From NCBI GenBank assembly GCA_010093605.1, contig MU004193.1, positions 813,520 through 877,519 on the forward strand: 64,000 bases of DNA, in the 5' to 3' direction. The stretch is from Lophium mytilinum. Taxonomy: Eukaryota. Of the stretch, positions 24,005 to 35,286 are shown piece after piece (within the stretch, counting starts at the first letter, position 1; the number at the start of each line of letters is the position of its first letter). Below the pieces are notes generated by a model. That model saw only the letters and a program-made list of their open reading frames with translations, was not told the DNA's origin and ran no database searches. Both the position numbers and the translations under genes were made by a program.

Positions 24005-25046
24005 ATGTCCATCCGCTCACTGCGAGCTTTCTCACCGTGCTTCAAAGCAGCTCAAAGAACTCAATCGAAGAACATCTACCCGACCTTTATTCACCACTTC
24101 CATACCTCGCGACGGATCCAACAAGAAGATATGGCTGAAGCACCACGACCCACTGGCCTCATTGCCAACAAGGGCATTGAGCTTCTCACGGCCGGCACGC
24201 CTAATGGGTGGAAAGCTTCCATCCTCCTCGAGGAGCTGAAGGAGGCATATGGGAAGGACTATACGTTCCAGGCGATCAACATTGGACTCAACATCCAGAA
24301 GGAGCCGTGGTTCACCAAGCTAGGTCCTAATGGACGTATCCCGGTGATAGTCGACCACGATCAGGGCGGGTTCGCTGTGATGGAGGGTGCTGGTTGGTAG
24401 CACCAAGGAAGCTCTGTAAAGCTATTGCTAATCAATGTGCAGCTATCCTTGCCTACCTTACCCGACACTACGACCCCGAGCACAAGTTCAGCTTCACAGA
24501 CCCGCTAGACATCAGCCGGGCGGAACAATGGATCGCGTGGCAGACTGGTGGGCTGGGACCAATGCAGGGTCAGGCAAACCACTTCAACGTAGGATATCTC
24601 AGGTCTCAAAGCTCAATATACACGATTCTGACGTCTCACAATAGCGATTCACGAAGGAGAAGATCGCCTACGGCATGCAGCGCTACACGGGCGAGACGGA
24701 GCGGTTAGCCGGCGTGCTCGACATCCAACTCAAGAACCAAAAGTACCTCGTCGGCAACAAATACTCCATCGCCGACATCGCTTCCTACGGCTGGGTCAAC
24801 ATCCTTCAATTCTCCGGCGTCGACATCGACCAATTCCCCAACCTGAAGGCATGGTGGCAGCGCATCTCGGAGCGTCCCGCCGTGAAGAAAGGCGTGGAGA
24901 TCCCAACAAAGGGCGCAGGCTTTGACAACGCCACATACACTCAGCGACTGAAGGACGACCCGGAGTACGCGGCGAAGGAGAAGGAGCAGAAGGAGCTGAT
25001 CGATGCGGCGAAGAAGCAGTATGGCTACAAGTTCGCGTCGCCGTAG
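24005..25046 (+). CDS. Glutathione S-transferase (Ure2/YfcG-like); exons 24005(or 24131)-24392, 24443-24588, 24645-25046
   Basis: GTPNGWK, QKEPWF...PNGRIP, EGAAILAYL, WQTGGLGPMQGQANHF, YLVGNKYSIADIA and ERPAV. Confidence 0.92.
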
Positions 25047-26097
25047 ATAGAGTATACTGGCACGGTTCTATAGCTGCACTACATTGCATATTCGACCGGA
25101 AGCTTCAGCTCCGGAGACATCCATGTATTCTAGGCTCAAAAATATTCCAAAATTCCAAATGCACGCGAATATCACGCGTTGTCTTGCAACTCTGACAGTG
25201 AGTGGTTCGCAAGCCCGGACGCAGGAACGGTCTCACTTCCCCACACCGGCCAGAAATACTTAGAACACAGTACGCGCGCGCAGGTGGTCGGCGGCAGACG
25301 CATCTCTGACAGACCGCTTTGATGACCGTGAGAGATGAAACAGCACAGAAATAACACTCAGCGCGTTGCAGACCCTGAGATCCCAATAGCTCGATTGGCC
25401 CACAGCGGGCGGTTCGGGAGCCCTGCATAGCGCCACGACGGCCGGCGCCTCAACGTAGGCCAAGCTGTGAAGCGAGAGGTGAAGGCAGGGGGTGTGCTCC
25501 AGCGGCATGAAACAAATTTGGCCCGCGCACAACCTCACGCTTCAAGACAGTCACACGTCCTCCGTGGGTAGAGGGAAGAGGCAGTGTATATAATACTCCC
25601 AGCGCTACTTCTCACCACTCCAGCAACTACCAGCAGCGCCTTCCCTTCCCTAATACTCTCTCGAACCGGCTTCGAGCTTCCCCGTTTCTTTATCTTATTG
25701 TCTGTGTCTGTCCGTTTCTTTGTCAGTTCCAGCAGCCCGATAGACCGAAAGAAGCCATTGTTCTTTGTCGATCTTTATCTGCAAAGGTCACAAGGGAAGC
25801 CGACCACACCAACACCATTAATCCTAGCCCGCATCCCGCCGTCATTCGTCATAGGTCACCCACTTCACCTTGACACAATCACATTGTGCACCGAGCCCTG
25901 AACTTCTTCTACCGCACCTCTTCAACCTTGATCGATAAAGACCCACCGGCAGCCCCCTCGCGCAAGGACTCGAAGGAACTCTAATAAGACACACCATACA
26001 CTACTGCTCGATAATACCTCTTGTCCGGCACAAGAACCCCCCTCAAAACTCACCACCAACCCACTCTAAACCAACGAAACACGCCCTACCCACGAAA

Positions 26098-26668
26098 ATG
26101 AAGTTCTCCACCATGAAAGGAACCTCGGGCTCCGGCAGCGACTTCACCATCGGCGCCATCCTCCGCCTAATCGCCCGCCTCCTCCAATTCGTGCTCGCCC
26201 TCACCGTCGCCGGCCTCTACGGCGTCGACCTGCACAACGCCCACAAAGCGCACGTCTACGCCGACTCGAAATGGGTGTACGCCGAAGTCGTCGCCGGCAT
26301 CTCCGCCATCACCGCACTCGTATACACGCTGCCGATCCCGATGATAAAGCCGTGGTTCCTGTGGCCGCTCGACACGCTGATCTTGTACGTACTGATATCG
26401 TTAATATCTACCCCTCTCCCCTCTTGAAAAGATAGATTTGCTAACGTTTTTGTGTAGTATCCTGTACATGGCCCTCTTCGGCACCTTTGGCAAGATGTAC
26501 ATCAACGAGAACCCTGAAGGCGACGCTGGCATCACGCGCATGAAACACGCCGTCTGGGTCGATCTGGTTAATATGCTGCTGTGGTTCTTCACAGCCGTGT
26601 ATGGCGCCGTCATCTTTGTGATGCATAGGCGGGGACGGACTTTGCATACTGGGCGCGCGCAGGTTTGA
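26098..26668 (+). CDS. Four-TM MARVEL-like membrane protein; exons 26098-26384, 26458-26668
   Basis: RLLQFVLALTVAGLYG...W.YAEVVAGIS...AVWVDLVNMLLW, with four hydrophobic segments and a GTACGT...CTAAC...TAG intron. Confidence 0.82.
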
Positions 26669-27097
26669 TGCCCTGAAATGAGTCACGAGCATCGAGCCAT
26701 ATTTTCATTTGTTTTGATGAGATGATGCGGATGCTTATACCTTTACCTATACCCAGACCCTTTCTTTTGCTGGCGGTGTGTTGTTGGAGCGGATTGCATG
26801 GCTTGCACGGCGGCACTTTTCCTTTTTCTTTTCTTGCTCTTTTCTACATATATCCCATGTATTAGACCCCAGATCTTCCCCGCGTTAAGTTCCTAGTAGC
26901 ACGCGAACCCCCCCGCAGCGGAAGAATCAAAACCATTACCATCTACTCTGTACCTACCATATGCTGCTACTACCACTATCAAATTTATCACCCTCAAACT
27001 TTCCACCCCTCCCCCTCTGACCCCCGGTGCTCTCCCTCCCCTCTTCTCTCACCTATATCTGCCTCCTCCTAACCAACAACTCGCTAACGTCTCACAG

Positions 27098-27592
27098 TCC
27101 CCCCGGCCCCCCTCAACCTCGCCCACCCTCGAAAAACCCTTCCCCGACCTCCCCGCCAACTTCGGCTCCGCGTCTTACTCGCACCACCGCGATCCGTCAT
27201 CGAAATCTCTCTTCCCTGCCCACTCCCGCGTGCCCTCGCCGTCTTTAGAGAAAAATCTCGAGAAAACCCCCGTCGCCGACATCATCCGCAAACCCCTCCC
27301 CTCCCTCTCGCTGGCGGTCGCGAAACGCCCCTACCCCTCATCATGCGCGTGTAAGTACGACGGTGACTTCGACGGGTACGTAGGGTTTGATAGTGAGCCA
27401 GGCGTCGCGCAAGCAGGGCGCGATCTCGTCGACGCGGTGCTGGAGCTCGGGCTGGCGGTGGGGAAGTGGGCGGCGAAGGGGGTGGCGGCGGGAGACGAGT
27501 GGGGGCGCGAGGGGTGGTTTGAGGGGTGTGGGGAGGTGGTTAGGGGGGATGGGTGCGCAGGGGGGGAGATGGTTGGGTGGGAGGGGGTTTAG
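27098..27592 (+). CDS. Possible terminal exon of a hypothetical protein
   Basis: A GCTAAC...CAG acceptor at 27097 is followed by an open frame to 27592. No compatible upstream ATG exon was found. Confidence 0.3.
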   Translation, partial: SPRPPSTSPTLEKPFPDLPANFGSASYSHHRDPSSKSLFPAHSRVPSPSLEKNLEKTPVADIIRKPLPSLSLAVAKRPYPSSCACKYDGDFDGYVGFDSEPGVAQAGRDLVDAVLELGLAVGKWAAKGVAAGDEWGREGWFEGCGEVVRGDGCAGGEMVGWEGV

Positions 27593-27739
27593 GGGGTTGG
27601 CACCCAGAATACAGCTTATTGATATCTTTTTTGGAGTGCTATCTGAGCGAATGTTTTGGTGGCTTTTGCGAGCATAAGGCGTAACGGAGAGGCTACGTGA
27701 GACTTGGAGGCGAATGTGTGGTATGTCTTGGGGGGTTGT

Positions 27740-29520
27740 GTGAGAGAGAGCTTTAGATTAGGCTGTGGAGGTGGGTTTTGGAGGACGTTTGGTGGTACGT
27801 GGAGGACCGAAAGGTAAAAGGTGGAGGAAGGCTTTGGGCGCTCATGTGAGAAGAAGGCTTGGGTTGGACCGTTGTGAAGACTAGTTTGGAGACGCTGCGT
27901 AGGACGTGGAGGGGCACATGGAGGGTAGGCTTAGTGTGCTTTTGTGAGAACAAGTCTCGGGTCTAACCGTCTAGAGGGGGTTTCAGAGACTGTGGTAGGA
28001 CGTAGAGGGGGTAACACAGAGGTAGCAGTTATAAATAGGCTTCGTGTGCTTCTTTAAGAAGAAGAATCGAATCTAATCGTCTCAATGAGTTTTCGGAGAT
28101 AACGGGTAGAACGTAGAGAATAGAGTCGAAATTTAGAGGAAGGCTTTAAGTGCTTTTGCGAGAAGAAGTATCGGATTGGACCAAGTGGATGGTTTTGGAG
28201 CACGCACAGTGGTACGCGGAGGGGGACGTCGAGTCGAAAGGTGGAGGGAGGCATGAAGTGCTTTCGCGAGAAGAAGTATCGGTTTGAACTGTAGCGATGT
28301 TTCAAGTAACGCTGTGAAGGAGGTGGAGGGATACGCGAAGGTAAACATTATTCGCAGGCTTATCGTGCTTTTGCGCGAAGAACTATCGGATCGAACCGTC
28401 GTGGAAAGTGGTTAGGAGACGCTGCGCAGTACGTGGAGGGGCACAGAGAGGCTAGACTTAGTATAGTTTTGTGAGAAGAAGCATCAGATCTAACCGTCTA
28501 TATGTGTTTTTGAAGGCTATAGATAAGAGGTCGATTGCGTCGCGGAGATATAAAGCTTCCGCTGGTGTTGTGAGAAGAAGCGTCACATCGAACCGGAGAG
28601 ACTCTTTTTCAGCGTACGGGCCCTAGAAGCGGAGGGTCGCGTACAGACATCATATAGAAAGAGGCTTTTAGAGCTTTTGCAAGAAGAGGTCTCGGATTTT
28701 TAACAGCCTAGAACACTTTTCGGAGACTATGTGTAGGGCGTGGAATAGGTCGCGGAGATAGGAAGCTTTCGCTGCTTTTGTGCGAAGAAGTATGGCTTTG
28801 AACTGTGGGTGCTCCTTTTTACAGCATACTCGGCCTAGATGCGGTCGGCACGTACAGGCACCACTTAAATAGCGACTTTGGGAACATTTGTAAGAAGAAC
28901 TATCCGATTGGACCGTAAGCGGCTTCACTAAGGAGACGTTGTGTGGCACGCGGAGGCACACGTAGAGGGATAGGTCCCAGAGAGGCTTTCGTCGCTTTTG
29001 TAAGAAGTGTCGCAGTGCACCGTCGATTTTTTTTCGGGACACCCTGTATAGGAGGTACTTTTTAGGGAAGAAGCACTATATCGAATTGTAGACGACTTTG
29101 CGAAGGAGACTCTATGTGGCACGCGGAGGCACACGTAGAGGGATAGATCATAGAGAGACTTTGGTCGCTTTCATAAGAAGAAGTATCGCTTCTTACCGCA
29201 GAGAGTTTGATTTCCAGGATACGCGGTGTAGGACGCGGACAGGTACATATCGGTAAGACTCGTAAGGACGCTTTAGTTGCTTTTGTAAGAAGAATCGTCA
29301 GATCGAACCGTAAAAATTGAAGTTTTGGAGATGCCGTGTGAGCTTTATGCGGTCCCAGTGAAAGATTTGTTAACTCTAACTGCCCAGAAAGGGTTCGAAC
29401 AGATGGGGCGTTGGACACAGAGGTGCTGATGCTAAAGCAATGGGTGGCGGCTCCGAGTAAGTTTGCGAGGAGAAGTATGGAACCAACGGATCCACCTTAG
29501 GAGACGGCGCGTAAGACACG
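27740..29520. repeat. Degenerate tandem array, ~17 units of ~100-110 bp
   Basis: Core AGGCTTTnnGTGCTTTTGYGAGAAGAAGTATCGGATCGAACCGT at about 27829, 27927, 28037, 28141, 28249, 28357, 28454, 28553, 28662, 28763, 28873, 28983, 29051, 29156 and 29269, with weaker copies at both ends. Second box GGAGACGCTGCGTAGGACGTGGAGG. Confidence 0.88.
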
Positions 29521-29799
29521 AAGGAGCATTTTAATACCAATAGTAAGGGTCTGGCGCTGGTGGAGGGTGCTCATTCATCGTTGATGGATCCGTGGAGGCC
29601 GAAATTATATACCTTCAGGGTTACCCCACATGCAATACCACCTCAGATCGTAGACCAAATCACTTCACCGAATGACAGGTGTGATGGTTGATCTGTGTTA
29701 GAACTGTAGGCCCAAGAGAATCAGACTAGAGAAGACTTTACATTCTCTGGCATCTTTCAGAATGCTTACAGTTCAGTTTCTGGTGGTATCTAATCATAC

Positions 29800-30931
29800 T
29801 CACCCTTCCCTCCCCACCTCCCGCGCCGCCAACTCATGCTTGTTATCCCTCGTAGGCAACTCGGCTGCCGGAGCCGTCGGTTGCGTCCGCCAATATCCCC
29901 CTCTCTCGTCCCACTGACTGACTGGTAGCTCGGCAGGGGGGACGCCCTTGCCTTCTAGTTCATGCCGTGCTGTGTAACCCTCCTCGCCACTTGGTGCAGG
30001 TTTCGTGGTATTCCTCCGTCGTCCGAGAAAGAAGGCGCCTAGAGCAATAGCTATAACACCCAGGGGGACAGCGACGCCGATGCCGGCTTTTGCGCCAGTG
30101 GTGAGGCCGGTACTTGCAGCCTTCGAGGTGGCTGTGGAAGAACTCGTGGGTGTAGAAGATTGAGAGGGAGTCGAGGGCGCGGATGTCGAGGCTAGAGATG
30201 TCGAGGTTGATGATATCGACCCGGCGCTGGCAGACGAAGGGGTTGCAGTACTAATAGCGGACGAAGGTCTACTGGAAGATTCTGCGGGAGCTGAGGAGGG
30301 CGCGCTGCTGACTTGTGCGATTGACGATGGCGTTGGCGTCGATGAGGGTTCCGGAGTTGAAGAAGACGCAGCAACGGGGGTAGCGGAGCTTATCGCTATT
30401 ACAGTAGCAGCGGCAGACGACGCTGTACTAGCAGCGCTACTAGCTACCGTACCTCCTGTTATCGCGAATTGAGGACCATAATTGATAATGTTTGCTTGGG
30501 AAAGCTGAAGTACATAGTCTGTCCCGGCATCGAGCGACGAAGGCACTGTCCATGTATATACTGTATTACTGGTCTTTGCTGCAAGCTTGTTAGCAACCAG
30601 ATAGGCTGAGACTTGAAGACGAGATAACATACATATTATAGTCGTTATAGGGGTAAGATCGCTCGCAGGCCCCTTCAACAGTTCAATGGTTACGGGCTGT
30701 ACAGTCCGCGGGGTCAGCCATGCGTGCCATTAGGATGTTGGAATGGGGTATGCTCGCTCTTACATCACTTGAGCCGTCCGTTGTCCATTCCAGTACAGTG
30801 CTGCTTCCAGCAGCGATCGTCGATGGAGAGGACGTGAAAGCAAGGGTAGCGGTGCATGTAGTAGCATAGGACCAAATGAATAGGGAAATCAAGAAGTGCT
30901 TCGAAGCGAAAGATGGGCGGAAAAGAAGCAT
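29800..30931 (-). CDS. Type I membrane protein: signal peptide, small extracellular domain, Ser/Thr-rich stalk, TM, cytoplasmic tail (Mid2-like sensor architecture); exons 30931-30764, 30696-30633, 30578-29800
   Basis: Hydrophobic N-terminus, YTWTVPSSL...YVLQL...INYGPQF, S/T-rich linker, GAKAGIGVAVPLGVIAIALGAFFL-GRRR and repeated (A/H)EL motifs. Confidence 0.82.
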
Positions 30932-31810
30932 CTTGCTTAACGTGAGATATTTAGGGAAGATGGGCGTAGGAGAGAGAAGACAGTGGTACGCTGTCTTCGA
31001 GCAAGGCTCACATTTCGAGAGTCCAGGGCGAGTCGCGCCTTTTCAGAAAAGCGAGCTTCAGAAGTCGATCCCATCCTTCGACCAGGATATCAGGCTCGCA
31101 TACACCCCAATTGGCTTCAATAAACCAGGGTGCCGGTCAAAGACTGCATGAGGCCTATAGCAACACATCGTGGCGCTCGTGAAGCGGAGATACGAGCCGA
31201 GAAAGACCTCGGGAGACGAGGCTGAGAGTCCAGACGCCGCGAAACTTGGCGATCTGCACCCACCAAAGTGCGTTCCGGAAGGCTCTGGCGATGTTAACAT
31301 TCCGAAAACGAGACGTAGAGGTTTACGATGGAATGGTAATACACAAGGCATGGAGTGGAAATAGGCTCGTCGTCAAGACTCACGCGCTGACTCAGCAAAA
31401 GCATGAGCGACTCACACAACACGTCACACACGTAAACAATAGACAGCAACAAGAAGCCATATCATTAGCTATTCACACCTCCCTCACTTTTCAAACCAGC
31501 CAGTAACCTGGAACACCCCGCGCCAGCTATGCCCTCCAAGACGCTGAGATCAGAGGAACCATGATGCTTTACAGGCAACGTCAAGAAGAGAAAAGACCGA
31601 GCAAGAGCACCGAGGTACCGAGCCACACATATAACCAAGGGAAGGAAGGACTTATTGACACAATCTGATGGGGAATTGGGGCCGACCGGAAACAAAACTC
31701 CTAGATGCTCTCGTGACACATACAGAGTGTTTGACGACCTGAGATTATGTTAAATAGGTATCGATGGGGGTAGATAAGAGGAGACATACCATTGACGAAC
31801 GGAAGAACAT

Positions 31811-32551
31811 CTACAACCGGGATCCGTGGACGACCTTGTAGTCAACAGCCATCTCCAAGCCATCGTCGTTGATGACAAGGATGCGGACGCTGCCACGGCC
31901 GTTGTCGAAGGACTCGGCAAGGCGGGAAGAGAGGCCGCTCTGGTCAAGGACAGGAAGACCCTGCTTGACATCGCCAGTCTCGGTCATGGCGACGACGCGA
32001 CCATCCTCACGGATGTCGAGCACACGGTACTGCTTGAAGACAGGGCCGAGCATGTTCTGGACGACGACCGATGGGGCCGGGTTGGAGATGAAGCTTGACT
32101 CCTCGTGCAGCTGCTTGGTGAAGAGGTCAACACCAAGGTAGCGGTGCTGGCCAGTCTGCGACGAGGTGGTGATGCGGATCACCTGGCAAGGGCGACCCTG
32201 AAGGATCAGGAGATCGCCAATGCGGATGTGATGGCACGGGATGGTGATGGTGTTAGGGACAGCCATGTTGCGAGTAGGAGCGGGCGAGGCCGACGCGGAC
32301 GCGTAAGCAGGCTGGGGAGCGGCGTAGGAGAGAGACTCTTGGGGAATGCCGACGCTGACGCGAGAGGCAGGGGGAGCTTGAGCGGAGGTAGTGTAGGATT
32401 CCTTGACTACAACTTCCTCGCGGTCGTCGGACTGGGAAGAGTGGTGATGATGGTGCTTGGAGCCGTGGATGGGGTGTAGGACTCGGTCGGCAGCTTTGTG
32501 AAGACCGTGGCGGAACGAGTGGTATTGACCGTCTTCGTCGTAATATCCCAT
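31811..32551 (-). CDS. hex-1: Woronin body major protein HEX-1 (AUG-initiated form, 246 aa)
   Basis: MGYYDEDG, poly-His tract, TIPCHHIRIGDLLILQGRPCQVIRI...GVDLFTKQLHEESSFISNPAPSVVVQ, and a C-terminal PTS1 SRL. Confidence 0.96.
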   Translation of the reverse strand: MGYYDEDGQYHSFRHGLHKAADRVLHPIHGSKHHHHHSSQSDDREEVVVKESYTTSAQAPPASRVSVGIPQESLSYAAPQPAYASASASPAPTRNMAVPNTITIPCHHIRIGDLLILQGRPCQVIRITTSSQTGQHRYLGVDLFTKQLHEESSFISNPAPSVVVQNMLGPVFKQYRVLDIREDGRVVAMTETGDVKQGLPVLDQSGLSSRLAESFDNGRGSVRILVINDDGLEMAVDYKVVHGSRL

Positions 32552-33586
32552 ATCACGCTTGTACTTCTTAGGGGCGTCGACAGTAGCTCGAGTAGTTTGC
32601 TCTACTCGAACTTCTCCTCGTGCTTGAGAAGAGTAGCGGGAGTCGACAAGGTCGGCTTCGCGTTGACCGTAGCGAGGCTGCGAGTCTTGAGTTGCCTGGG
32701 ACGCGTAACGTTCCTGGACAAACTGGGATGGCTGATCGTAGCTGGGGCTAGACGAGATGTTCGTGTAACCGGCGACGATGGGACGGGTACGCTCACGGTA
32801 CTCGCGTTCAGTTACGTCGATCTGGGTAGGGGCGTAGTCGGTGGCAGGGCCGTGGACAGTGTTGAACTCTCTGTCGTAAGACCTGTCCTGGACGTCGAGC
32901 TGGGCTCCGACGTAACGTTGGTAGGGTTGTTGGTATCTGTTGTGAGGAAAGAAAGGTCAGCGGGAGCTTGAGGGAAAGACGGGAGGGAAAAGTGGAGCCC
33001 CGTCGCCTGGGTGACAACAAAATAAAAGAATCGGGCTAGCCGCACGGCGCTCGCCAAGAAAAAGGGGCTGATTTGCTGGCACTTACCGCTCGCGGGTCTG
33101 CTCACGGGGCTCACGGGTCTGTTGGCGGGAGAACTCGACCTCGGTGCGTTGCTGCTCTTGGGGATAGCGGCGCTGCTCCTCGTAGATGTGGACGTCCTCC
33201 TTGTATTGTTGTTGTTGCTGCTGAGGTTGCTGAGATTGCTGGGGCTGGCGAACTCGGTCCTGCTCGTACACGCGGAGCTCCTCGTGATACTGGCGGTCTG
33301 CTGGGACGGTACTCGAGAAGGATTCGATGCGAGTTTCGTGACCCTGCGCGAGTCAGTGGGCTGTCCATTGTTTTGATGGCAGTTTTGAAGGGGATGCACT
33401 CACTTCCCGTCCCGGAGCCTGAGGTAGCTTTTCTTCGGCCTCTACCTTGACGTGTGTTGTTTCTGCTGTGACAGCGTCACTCCGATACCTGCTGCTGTCA
33501 GCCTGAGCGCGCGCGGAGAGCTCTGAGTCGACGTACGCTGACGGGAAGACACTGAAGGGGATCGGGACGCGGGCGTCGAAATCCAG
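32552..33586 (-). CDS. hex-1: Putative CUG-initiated N-terminal extension of HEX-1; exons 33586-33404, 33343-33087, 32936-32552
   Basis: Two canonical introns (33403-33344, 33086-32937) join three stop-free segments in frame with the ATG at 32551. In-frame TAG at 33598-33596. No ATG in any frame of these exons. Confidence 0.7.
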
Positions 33587-35286
33587 CGTCAAGACCTAAA
33601 GGTTTCTCGCGTAGCCCCTCGAATCGTCGGGACAATTCGAAGGAAGACACGAGAAACTTCTCGGCTCCTTGGGGTGACAGTGATGTCGGGTAGGGGGGAA
33701 GAGGGTGCGAAGGAAGCCTTTAAAAAGCCAGCTTGCGGTGAAGACGGGGCTGTGATGGGGTTGGATGGGGTTGTTGGAGACGGTGAGTGCAATTGGTGAG
33801 GCGGGTGGGTTGGGGTGAGTTGTCTCTGAGCGTCGGTCGCTTCAAGTAGTGGAGGTCTGTGTTTGGGGGGGAGGCTGGGCCAACAGACGCGACCCCGGCC
33901 GATCAAAACAACGCAAGCGGCCTAGCGGGCCAGCCCCTTTCACGTGCGGGCCGAGAGCTATCTGTGCCATCAACAGCAACCTGCCCGAGCAGCCTCCCGA
34001 TTCAGAGCTGCCGTCCGACCTCTCTCCAAAATCCTCGCTGCTCTGCGGTCCTGGCTGCTCAGCGCGGCCTCAATTGCCAGACAGCCGCTCGATCTGCTGC
34101 GCGGTTGCGTGCAGCTGGCCGGGCTGCCGACGTGCGACTCGCAGTGGGTCTCACGGCCGCCCTCCTTCATCTCGTGGAGTGCCGCCATTGGCCGCTTGGG
34201 GCACTCTGGTGCAAACAAACGATAGTGGACACGCCCTCGGGGTCGGCAGCGTGCTTTTCAGCTGAGCAGCATGGAGTTTCCCAGCCTCTCTGCGGCTTCT
34301 GACGCCCCATTGGCCTGCGCGTGGGGCCGTCTTGCAGATGGCTTTCTGCATGCCAACGCCCCGGTGGCTGGTTTCCTGCCGCCGTGATCCACCTCCGAGC
34401 TCTCGCCCATGGCCATCGAGCACCGTCGAATGTGCCGCTGCGGCCATCGCCAGCTGCAGTCGAGCTTCTGCAGTCGGCCTGCGGGTTCGCTGCCCATTGA
34501 TAGCGCCGCCGAATCAGCATCGGCCTCTGCGGTTCCGTGGACGCGTCTCTCAAGTCTCCGCGCTCCAATCGCACGGCGCGTCATCCAACCACCACCACGC
34601 CGCTACGAGGCCTTGCAGCTCACTTGCAGAATGTCACCATCTGGAGCTTATCAGACTGCGGGGCAGGGAGCTTCCGTAGCTTCCGCCCTTCTGATGGCTG
34701 GGCTGGGGAAGGCTGGGACGGCCTCGATGGATGGGAGCTGTTCTCACTTTCTCACAACTCAGCGAATCAGAGCCATTGGATCTGCTCTTTTATAACTCAC
34801 CTTCTCCTGCATGTCCTTCTTCTTGAAACTCCAGCCATTTCCTTATTGCAAGCTCGCTGCCAGAGATATCTACCGTCAAAGATGAGCTCACGTGACAGGT
34901 CCGCAAAGTCCACATAGATGCTACCGACTTGCTGGCGAACATGGTCAAGGTGGCATTTCATGGTATAAACGTAGATAATCGGCTACTACACTTGTAGCGA
35001 CAGGCCTATGAACGCATCGGCACCAGTGAACCCAGCTGCTTTTGAGTTAGACGCAAGCAGGATTCACTTCTATCACGTCGTCTCTTCAGGATTGGAGGTG
35101 CTCACTAATTCAAACCCAGCAATGCTAACCAAACCTACTTCATACAAAGACTCAACGATCAAGCTACCCGACAAGTTCTCGAATCATGAATTCTTTGAGA
35201 AAAACACTCCCCAGCGTACCACACAACTCAAGTGTCTCCTAATTTCTCATAATCCTCCCACCAAATATGTCTTCCCGTCGCCAGCT

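Noticed and set aside
28668..29418. Short minus-strand ORFs in the repeat array as a repeat protein
   Set aside because: Unit lengths are not consistently multiples of 3 and the frames break repeatedly.
27740..29520. CRISPR array
   Set aside because: Fungal context, no cas genes, repeats too degenerate, and the linkers are themselves partly homologous.
32270..32530. Alternatively spliced intron after MGYYDED, as described for other hex-1 genes
   Set aside because: The potential donor GTCAAT is weak and I could not identify a convincing branch/acceptor pair; the frame is open without it.
33849..34917. Many overlapping ORFs upstream of hex-1
   Set aside because: GC-rich promoter region with no coherent gene structure or motifs.
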